Below are positions 1 to 7,681 of a DNA stretch of 20,000 nucleotides, piece by piece. Numbering within the stretch: position 1 is the stretch's first letter; each line of letters opens with the position of its first letter. The notes beneath the pieces were generated by a model that did no database searches, was not told the DNA's origin, and saw nothing but the letters and a program-made list of their open reading frames with translations. Made by a program: the position numbers and the translations under genes. Origin of the DNA: Spirogloea muscicola (Eukaryota). Location of the stretch: contig WELB01000003.1 of assembly GCA_009602725.1 (NCBI GenBank), positions 451,042-471,041 of the forward strand, given 5' to 3'.

Positions 1-222
1 GCGCGGGCTTCCCTCTGCATCGTCTCGTGTTTTGTAGTGTTTTGCTGTGGAGTCCTTTTTCCTTGTTGTTCTTCGTACTTCCCCTGGCCCCTTCTCGTCC
101 GTTGTTCATTCTTTTCTGGGCTGGCTTTTCCAGCTCTATCCTCAATGGGCGAGCCCTTCTCTCTTTTTCCTTTGGCTTTGGACATTGCCATTCTTTTTTG
201 GGCTGGCTTTGCCCTTCCCTTT
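1..222 (+). mobile_element. Stacked 3'-UTR fragments of CRE-like non-LTR retrotransposons (type D 1-62, type A ~63-168, short type A/B piece ~185-222)
   Basis: 1-62 resembles 511-570. ~77-160 (cccctggccccttctcgt...cattcttttctgggctggcttttccagctctatcctcaatgggcgagcccttct) matches the reverse complement of 4130-4216. The motif cattcttttttgggctggcttt recurs at ~189-210. Confidence 0.75.
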
Positions 223-389
223 CTTGTGGTTATTGTGGTTACGGAGGCCTATAAAGGTCCAGCATCGACACACATCGCTGGCCACGCAGTGGGCAGTGCT
301 GAACAAAGAAAGTTGCAGCACTACTCCGATTACCCCCGATGTGATCAGCTCTTGCCAGCGGCAATCGACATCTTTGGCTGCTTAGGTCC

Positions 390-570
390 CTTGCCCACGC
401 CGTCCATACGCGCGCAGGCCGTGCTATGGCCGCCGCCTCTGGGTCTCGGCGGAGCGCCTCCTTCCCTGCAGCGAGCTACTCAGACCTGATGTTGCTCACT
501 CGTGGGTACTGAGCTTTCCTCTGCATCGTTTCTGTGTTCTGCAGTATGTTGTAGTGTAGTCCTTTCTCCG
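390..570 (+). mobile_element. Nested 3' fragment of a related subfamily (type D)
   Basis: Encodes AHAVHTRAGRAMAAASGSRRSASFPAASYSDLMLLTRGY* (stop 510-512) plus a short 3' UTR. Flanked by ggtcc at 385-389 and 571-575. The empty site ttaggtcctcgttt is visible at ~14257-14270. Confidence 0.8.
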
Positions 571-779
571 GGTCCTCGTTTCCTTACTCTCCTTCAAAAC
601 ATAGCCAATCTAGGCTACACACGACATGCAGATGTGTTCCCGGCTGAGATGGGCTTGCCAGCTGCTTATCTGTCGTTGTTGCGACGACGAGTTTCGGCCT
701 GTTTGCAGCATGCTCAGGTGCATGCTCAGGCTAATGCTTAGCACCAGAAAGCTGGGCGAGCTCTAGTTGGTGGCAGAAG

Positions 780-941
780 AAGTGGCTCTCCCAATGGGGG
801 CAAGGGCTGTGAGAAGCCAGCCCGAAAAGAATTGACAAGGTTCGAAGGGGCCAAACTACGAGCTAAGCAGCGACTGCGGGGCCTGAAGAGGCTATGGCAG
901 AACGGGGGAGGATGGACCACTTAGTAGTTACGAGTGAGAAG
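780..941 (-). mobile_element. Nested 162-bp 3' end of type B retroelement with 8-bp TSD
   Basis: TSD ggcagaag at 772-779 and 942-949. Empty site ggtagcagaagggcttcg at ~14446-14463. About six differences from 4346-4507. The minus strand reads LLTRNY* followed by the 3' UTR. Confidence 0.9.
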
Positions 942-1127
942 GGCAGAAGGGCTTCGTATCTGCCATCTAGTATCCAGGCATCGGTTAGCGACCTTTATGT
1001 TTTGACCCGTGGTTACTAAACGGGTCAATCTACTGTAGCTTATGTAGGTCTTAAAGATGTGCTTGCCTTTGTACTTGGCCATTTGGCCTTCGTTTGTTTC
1101 AAATACACGATATTCCCTTTCCCCCCC

Positions 1128-1222
1128 TAGATGCAAGCAGTGCTACGTCATTTGATGTGCTTTGCCTTTGTAATTGGCCATTTTGGCCTTCGATTGTTTC
1201 AAATACACGAAACCTTTCCTTC
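1128..1222 (+). mobile_element. Second tandem type C 3'-UTR fragment
   Basis: gatgtgctttgcctttgtaattggccattttggccttcgattgtttcaaatacacga closely matches ~1056-1110 and ~14562-14616. It ends in ctttccttct. Confidence 0.8.
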
Positions 1223-1289
1223 TGAGAAGAGCCGCTTCATCATTGCACAGCGATCGCCCCGTTGCGGGGAAGAAGCTGGCTCCACTGCA

Positions 1290-1714
1290 CCGCCCCGCAC
1301 CGCCGCCGCCCCCCCCAGAACCTGCGCGACAGGCAAGCCCGCGCCCCTGTCCCCGGCTGCCCGGCCTGCCCCGCCAGCCCCCATGACGCCCCCCGCCGCG
1401 CCGCCCTCCGCCCGCCGCGCCTGACGCGCGCGCCGCCATGCGCCGCCCTCCTCCCGCGCCCACCTTCAAAGTCGTGCTCCTGGGCGAAGGTCACCTCCGC
1501 CTCCACCCCCTCCGCCCTTCTGGCGCGCCTCCTGCCCTCTTTCTGCCCGTCTCATGATCCCTTCTCTCCTTGGCCAGGGCGCGTCGGCAAGACCTCGCTG
1601 CTCGTCCGCTACGTGCACGACGCCTTCTCCGAGCAGCAGCCAGCCACCGTCCAGGCCGGCTTCCTCTCCAAGCGCGTCCTCGTCGGCTCGCAGCCTGTCA
1701 ACCTCGCCATCTGG
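1290..1714. promoter_or_regulatory. CpG-island-like GC-rich block over the RAB21 5' end; equivalent blocks at ~4780-5250, ~13450-13790, ~14660-15230 and ~19400-20000
   Basis: Dense CG/GCC runs at every gene start, in contrast to TG/CA-rich, CG-poor gene bodies. Judged by eye. Confidence 0.6.
1383..1424 (+). other. Candidate 13-aa upstream ORF (MTPPAAPPSARRA*)
   Basis: ATG at 1383 and TGA ending at 1424, 13 nt before the RAB21 ATG and in a different frame. The transcription start site is unknown. Confidence 0.3.
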
Positions 1715-2912
1715 GTGAGGCTCACCATGAACCCTGCTCGGCACCAACAACAAGTGCAGCCGGTAACAAATTTGCTCACGTCATCTGCCCTACTTGGTGG
1801 CCCCCAGGACACTGCTGGGCAGGAGCGCTTTCACGCCCTGGGCCCAATTTACTACCGCGATGCAGACGGTACACGATCACCCCAGTCTAAACTGTAGCAA
1901 TAAAATTGAGAACAGTAGAGACCGATGATTTGCAAGTATGCATCACTCAGGGGCTCCAACACTGGCGCTTCCAAGCGTACACTTTGTAGCTCCTCTTTTG
2001 AGCTATATCTGCTGCTGAGGTCGCAGTCTGCTGTTACACGCTTCCACCAACTCAAAGAACACATTCCTGGTGTGCAGCTGCACTTTTGGTGTACGATATC
2101 ACAGACAGAGACAGCTTTGAGCGGGTCAAGAGTTGGGTGAAAGAGCTACGGAAGATGGCCAACAAGGACATCCTGCTCACGGTTGCTGCCAACAAGTTTG
2201 ACACGGATGTCCGCCAACATGCAGAACCCAGTGACGCCGAGAGGTTGGTGGCGTGGCCATGGCTAAGGGGTCAATATGGCTTGTGCAAATTTGACTCTGG
2301 TATGATTGCCGACCATCGAGGATCAGTGGCTCTTCATGCAGGTATCGGGACATGCTGCAGGCGCAAATGCAAGCGTCAGCCTCTCGCTTGTTGTGTTGTG
2401 CTCTGAAGGAGTGCTTTGCTTTGCTTCAGTGTGTAGGGCTTGGCTTTCAGCCATGCACCTTTTTTAGTCACTTTTACAAGTCAGTTGCTTTGACTGCCTT
2501 GCATGCTTGTGCAGCTATGCGGAGTCAATAGGGGCCAAGTATTTCCGAACTTCGGCGAAGTTGGATTCTGGCATTGCAGACGCTTTTACAAGTATCAGTG
2601 AGCGTATGTCCACTTCCCTTTGCCTCATTGTTTCAGCGAGTACGTTGCACGACATTTCCGCGCTGTGTCATTGGCGTGTATGGTTGCTTGCACCTGCAAA
2701 TCATTGAAGAGCATGGCATCACAAGGAGCGAGTTGTATCCAAAGGTGAGAGGATGTGGAAGACTCTGATATGGGTCAACCGTGGCAGGCCTTCTGGAGAG
2801 GAGCAAGGATCGTCCAACGGAGGTGGTGGCGATGCCACAGAGGAAAGGGGTGCTAATAGTGGATGAGAGACCGCGAGCAGAGCCAAGAGCAAGGCAGTCA
2901 TGTTGTGTTTGA
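1438..2912 (+). CDS. RAB21: Rab21 small GTPase, 6 exons: 1438-1489, 1578-1714, 1808-1868, 2078-2243, 2515-2603, 2788-2912
   Basis: GCCGCCATG start context. Motifs [43 protein letters not shown] (Rab21-like), NKFD and TSAK. C-terminal CCV* prenylation motif. All introns are GT-AG and keep the frame. Confidence 0.92.
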
Positions 2913-2961
2913 ATTAGACGCAAAGCCGAGGGACGCAAGAGGGGCTGCAAACATGCTCGAC

Positions 2962-2995
2962 TGGCAGGCCCAAAAAGATGGCAGGCCCAAAAAGA
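2962..2995 (+). repeat. Perfect 17-bp tandem duplication in the probable RAB21 3' UTR
   Basis: tggcaggcccaaaaaga twice. Confidence 0.85.
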
Positions 2996-3409
2996 CTTCC
3001 TAGGAGGGGGTCCAGGCATGCCAGCAGAGTGCAGGGAAGGGGCCCAAGTCAGCACACCAAGTGCTTTCTGCAATGGAGAGCTTGTTCGGCCAGCATGAGA
3101 AGCCATGATTGAGCAGAGTGAGGGAGTAGAGGGAGGCCATGGAGGCAGCCTGATAGTGCAGTGACCTCCATCCGGCTTGTGCAGAGCAGGGAGATAGAAC
3201 ATGACCTTTCCTACACAACCTCCACAACCTATTGTATGGTATTAGTGCCATCTCCGCTCTCAGAGCGTGGTGATGGCTAGTGATGTGCTTGTTGCTGATT
3301 GACTTGCCCAATGAAGGAGAGGGGCAAAACAGTGGCTCTTCCAAGTGGCAGTGTAGCTGGCCAGTCCAGTGGAAAATTAAGAGGTGACCCTCCATATGTC
3401 AAGCAAGTG

Positions 3410-3560
3410 TACTGGGCAAGCCGCTCTATAGGCCGCGCTTTGGCTGCTACTACTGGGTTTCGTCCAGGTTTGGGTTTGGGTGTCTCTTTTCTAGCGGCAA
3501 GTTACTCCCACTTGCGGCTGCTGACTCGGGGCCACTAAGCTCCTGTTCGGTGTTGCCACT
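3410..3560 (+). mobile_element. Diverged ORF-terminus fragment of the same retroelement group
   Basis: Translates SRSIGRALAATTGFRPGLGLGVSFLAASYSHLRLLTRGH* (stop ends at 3538), which aligns with the GRAL...SDLxLLTRGY* consensus. Confidence 0.7.
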
Positions 3561-3699
3561 TGCATAGCTGGCATGGCACGATCATGAGAGGACTTAGTGG
3601 ATCGCTGGTAGAACTTGCGAGGTCAGATGTTAGTTGGATTGCAAGATGATGTGGCTGCTACCTTGGAAGTCTTCGCTCTAAGTGTGGGACAAGCGCGCC

Positions 3700-3862
3700 T
3701 TTCAAACCTTTGCCCCTTGTCAGTTCTTTACGGGCTGCCTTTTCACAACCTCGCCCTCTTTGATATAAGCTTACTTCTTTCACAGCCCTCGCCCCAATTG
3801 GAAGAGCTCATTTCCTTCTGTGCTTACCTTTGTACTCGGCCACTCAGGCCCTCCATCTTTTA
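3700..3862 (+). mobile_element. Stack of degenerate 3' ends (two type B-like, one type C-like)
   Basis: cttgtcagttctttacgggctgccttttcacaacc; cacagccctcgccccaattggaagagctcatttccttct; tgtgcttacctttgtactcggccactcaggccctccatc (the last matches 4070-4107). Confidence 0.65.
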
Positions 3863-3865
3863 CCG

Positions 3866-4124
3866 TTTTTGCGACGTCGTGTGTCAGCCTTTTTGCAGCG
3901 AGCGCAGGCTCATGCTTTGCACGCAAGAGCTGGTCGAGCCTTAGCTTGATTCTTTTCGGGCTGGCTTCTCACAGCCCTTGCCCCCATTGGGAGAGCCACT
4001 TCCCTTAGCTGGTGGCACAAGGGTTTGTCACTTTGTCAGCTTAGCAGCAGGTGATGTACACCTGTCCATGTGCTTGCTTTCGTACTTGGCCACTGAGGCC
4101 CTCCATCACTCAATACACACTCCT
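3866..4124 (+). mobile_element. Type C-like 3' fragment, internally deleted, hosting a nested insertion
   Basis: LRRRVSAFLQRAQAHALHARAGRALA|GGTRVCHF after removing 3947-4002. It ends in a type C-like UTR (gtacttggccactgaggcc...caatacac). Confidence 0.8.
3947..4002 (+). mobile_element. 56-bp type B 3' end with 8-bp TSD
   Basis: TSD ccttagct at 3939-3946 and 4003-4010. The sequence matches the reverse complement of ~780-832. Confidence 0.9.
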
Positions 4125-4127
4125 AGT

Positions 4128-4320
4128 AGAAGAAAGGGCTCGCCCATTGAGGATAGGGGCTGGAAAAGCCAGCCCAAAAAGAGAATGAACGACGTACGAG
4201 AAGGGGGCCAGGGGAAGCGCTAAGAAAACAAGCACAACAAGAAACAAAGCAGCTACGGATTACTCAGTAACCCCTGCTAAGCAGCCTCAGGTCAGAGAAG
4301 CTAGGCTCCTGGAAGTCCTT
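4128..4320 (-). mobile_element. Type A 3' end (ORF terminus plus UTR)
   Basis: The minus strand reads PSFSDLRLLSRGY* (stop 4264-4266), then a UTR matching ~63-160 and ending in ctttcttct. Confidence 0.8.
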
Positions 4321-4321
4321 A

Positions 4322-4645
4322 GCACTCCCCCATTGAGGATAGAAGAAGTGGCTCTCCCAATGGGGGCAAGGGCTGTTAGAAGCCAGCCCGAAAAGAATGA
4401 CAAGGTTCGAAGGGGCCAAAGTACGAGCTAAGCAGCGACTGTGGGGCCTGAAGAGGCTATGGCAGAACGGGGGAGGATGGACCGCTTAGTAGTTACGAGT
4501 GAGGAGCCTCACATCCGACAGACTAGCTGCCGGTAAACTATCCCCCTGACGAAAGCCGGAGGCCGCAGCGAGAGCATGAGGATAGGGGCCGGAACAAGCC
4601 AGCCCAGAAAAGAATGGACAAAGGACGAGAAGGGGCCAGGAAGTG
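4322..4645 (-). mobile_element. Type A-like 3' UTR split by a nested type B insertion
   Basis: Joining 4322-4342 to 4586-4645 restores cccattgaggataggggccggaacaagccagcccagaaaagaatg...gagaaggggccagg, which matches 4143-4213. Confidence 0.8.
4343..4576 (-). mobile_element. 234-bp type B 3' end with 9-bp TSD
   Basis: TSD tgaggatag at 4334-4342 and 4577-4585. The minus strand encodes ALAAASGFRQGDSLPAASLSDVRLLTRNY* (stop 4486-4488). Confidence 0.9.
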
Positions 4646-4770
4646 GGTCCCCTGGGTCCGCTGGCCAGAGGCAGCAGCGGGGGTTAGACCTCTGCAGCGA
4701 GACGGCCAAGCGCATCCGGTACACCGATAGTAAGCAGCCACAGGTCAAAGAAACCCCTGGAGAAACCCCT
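4646..4770 (-). mobile_element. Mosaic of small retroelement ORF fragments
   Basis: The minus strand gives VYRMRLAVSLQRSN (CRE-like RISVxLQRxN motif) and, in another frame, FFDLWLLT. taagcagccacaggtcaaagaa (4731-4752) resembles 4278-4299. Confidence 0.5.
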
Positions 4771-4817
4771 TCCAGCCAGGGCCGGGGGCCGCCCTGGCCC
4801 CGCCCGCCCGGCCGGCC

Positions 4818-7247
4818 ATGGGCGCTGCGCTGCGGCTCTCGGACAACGTCGTGGCGTCCATGGCCGTGGGCGCCGCCTTCAAGGACCCCGTGAGCTCTCG
4901 CTCCCCGCCCACCTCTATACCCCTGGGCCTTCCCACGGCCCGGGCCCCTTGCCAGATGGGCGCGCTGCGAGGCCTCCGGCTTGCTCTCACCCTCAGCTAA
5001 GCTCCGCCCGGCCTGCCAGGGCTCGCGCGTCAGCTGCATCGACTTCCACCGCACCGAGGACCTGCTCGTCTCCGCCGCCGACGACGAGTCCATCCGGCTG
5101 TACAACACCGCCACCGCCACGCTGGTGAAGACGGTGCACAGCAAGAAGTACGGCGTGGACCTCATCAGCTTCACGCACCACCCCTCCGCCGTCATATACA
5201 CCTCCAAGAACGGCTGGGATGGTGCGCACACCCCGCGCCGCGCCCGTGTGGCCTTGCATTATTCAACATCAGCGCTAAGGAAGGCTTCCGGGAGCTCAAG
5301 CTAGTCCGACTTCCCACGGCCCGGGCCCCCCTAGACCAGCACCCACATGCTGCGGCCCTCACTTTTGCGCACCAGAATGTTATCAACTGAGCGGGGCCTA
5401 GCTTACGTCTAGTGGGTACAGGGGTGTCCTAAGCCTGCCATACCATACGGGCTCGCACTCTGTGGTGGCCTCTGCTCACGGCTGCTGCTCCCTGCAGCGT
5501 GCTGCAGAGTCGCTCCGCTACCTCTCTCTGCACGACAATCGTTACCTGCGCTACTTCAAGGGCCACCGAGACAAGTATGCCTGCTCGACACTAGCAGCAA
5601 CTTATTTAAGCTGGAGTAGGTCGGACATTAGCAAGTTCACTGCTGTAATCCTGGCAACCTCAGTGACCTGAGCAAGCCAGCACGCATTGGGGAGTTTTCT
5701 GTCGACAAGTAATCATCATAAGAGCACATGAGCTGTGGTGCAGGGTGGTGTCCCTCTGCATGTCGCCAAAGAATGATACCTTCATGTCGGGCTCCTTGGA
5801 CCACACTGTGCGACTCTGGGACCTGCGGAATAGTGCTTGCCAGGTGTTCGTACCCTGCCTTTTACTGCTAGCCACCACAGCTCTTGGAAGCTGAATGCAC
5901 TCACTTTGCATGGTGCTCAATCCTACTTTCAAGAGCTCTGTCAAGTACTGGTCTGAGTTGGTACCTGTTCATTACTCTCTTGACTCATTATATGCAGTGG
6001 TTGATAGGGGCTTTAGCTCAGATGCCAAGTACTTATGGTTGCCAAGTCCTACTGCTGGACTGACAATATCCGGGGGCCAAACTGGACAGGGGCTGGTGAG
6101 AGTGCGAGGCAGACCAGCTGTGACTTATGATCAGCAGGGGTTGGTCTTTGCCATTGCGATGGAGGGCGGCGCTGTCAAGCTCTTTGATACCAAGTCATAT
6201 GACAAGGCAAGTGAGACCTCCAGTCACCAAGGCATGTGAGCACGCGCTTCAGCTGGGTGATCAAGCCAAGCCTCTACACGCTCGTGGTATCGCTCATGCC
6301 ATTGCTCGTGATTCTTATGGACAGGGCCCCTTCGACACCTTCACAGTTGGGGGCGACAAAGCAGAGGTGTCCTGCATGAAGTTCAGCAACGATGGCAAGC
6401 TGCTGTTGGTGTCAACAACCAACAACCGCATCTATGTTCTTGACGCTTACTCAGGCAACCAGGTCTCCTTGACCTGCAAACACCGCAGTCTGCTTGCTGA
6501 AGATTGACGTGTACAGTGAGCTCTGGTACACATGTTGGAGGCAAGCTACCAGGAGAGAGCTGTCCCTCTACTAGACTCACTGTTGCAGAATGTACATCCA
6601 CCTATTCCTGGTGGCCAAGCTAAGCTTGAAAGGAGCATGACTGTTTTAACAATAGTACTCAGTCCATCAGCATGGTGCTCTCAACAGCTGCACAGCTTCA
6701 CAGTGCTGCCAGACTTGGATGGAGCCTGTCTTGAAGCTTCCTTCAGTCCAGATGGACAATACTTACTCTCCGGTGTGTAATGAAACAGGGTCTGCACAAC
6801 AATGACAGAAGACTTGATAGATATTGCTTATCTTGTACGAAGTCACCGTAGTCCTGCCATACTATAGTTGCTCAAGCAGTCTGATACGTTCTGCAGGTTC
6901 AGGCGATAATTCCCTACATGTCTGGAACACGGCGTCTGGGCAGGAGGTGCCTTGCCTATCACGGCTAGCGTCTTTGGATGGTCCTTGCAGCGTATGCTGG
7001 ACTATCCAGCTAGCTGTGATTGTGTCATGTTTGATGAAAGTCGGGCATTACACTTGCCTCTTTGGACTTACTACTTGACGACCTCACTTTGTGCTGATTG
7101 TGCTTTTTGTGTTCCGAGGTTGCATGCTGGGGTGCTCTTGCTGGAGTGCCCAGCGTCGTCAAGTGGGCTCCGCGGCGTCTGATGTTTGCTTCAGCGTCTT
7201 CAGCACTCTCATTCTGGATACCTGACCTTATGAAGCTGCAGTCATAG
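4818..7247 (+). CDS. WDR82: WD40 protein WDR82/Swd2 (COMPASS subunit; plant APRF1-like), 9 exons: 4818-4889, 5020-5221, 5508-5574, 5744-5843, 6090-6206, 6325-6462, 6688-6772, 6897-6946, 7119-7247
   Basis: Motifs [74 protein letters not shown] and [13 protein letters not shown]. The exons join in frame. Intron 5 is GC-AG. Confidence 0.93.
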
Positions 7248-7681
7248 TCATGGTAAGTAGTTATCGCAAGTGATTATTAGAGTATCTTGTAAGCTTGCTT
7301 CAAGCACATGCAAGTACCTGATATGCAGCTACTGGACCTGGCAACTGTTGAGCACGAGAGCTCAGCACCAGGAAATGGGCGCTGCATGTCGATTCCAGGT
7401 CAGAATGTTATAGCTTGATGCACAGTTGCACAACTATCTCAAGCTTACCTGCAACTCCCCAGTGACATGCGTAAATTACGGTGCATAAGTATCTCCATCA
7501 TGCTGACAGGATTTCAGTGACTCATGCAGAGATTTACTGGATGCAACAATGATTGCAGGAGCCTATGGCAACATGTTATCTTGCCGCCTTATTTGTGGCC
7601 AAGGCTTAAGCAAATATCCTGGGAGGGGCCCCTCCACCTCGTTCTGTGGAGGTCTCCGGCCATCCATCCTCCAGAGCCTCA

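Larger units (their letters stand above)
223..1127 (+). mobile_element. 5'-truncated, decayed RLE-type (CRE-like) non-LTR retrotransposon, type C, carrying two nested insertions
   Basis: Removing 390-570 and 780-941 (plus one TSD copy each) gives VVTEAYKGPASTHIAGHAVGSAEQRKLQHYSDYPRCDQLLPAAIDIFGCLGPRFLTLLQNIANLGYTRHADVFPAEMGLPAAYLSLLRRRVSACLQHAQ...GRALVGGRRASYLPSSIQASVSDLYVLTRGY* (stop 1017-1019). This is collinear with 14100-14628. Lesions: 12-bp duplication at 708-730 and premature TAG at 739-741. Confidence 0.85.

Noticed and set aside
37..489. 150-aa ORF as a host gene
   Set aside because: A chance fusion of UTR fragments, retroelement ORF and an out-of-frame nested insertion.
883..903. 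Hammerhead-like CTGAAGA core (also ~4448, and CTGACGA at ~4547)
   Set aside because: No properly closed stem II followed by GAAA, and the motif is antisense to the element's coding strand.
3947..4002. HDV-like ribozyme in the GC-rich stem module
   Set aside because: I could not build the nested double pseudoknot with an L3 and catalytic C. The module is also at the 3' end, whereas R2-type ribozymes are at the 5' end.
1..4770. CRISPR array or LTR pair suggested by recurring ccagccc...aaaaga motifs
   Set aside because: Spacing is irregular, orientations are mixed, copies are 3'-anchored with variable length, and there are no TG..CA termini or PBS. Non-LTR 3' ends explain the pattern.
4509..5231. 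240-aa minus-strand ORF, and similar overlapping ORFs (2633-3202, 13421-13912, 14605-15198)
   Set aside because: Shadow frames of GC-rich exons or repeat mosaics, with no recognisable domain.
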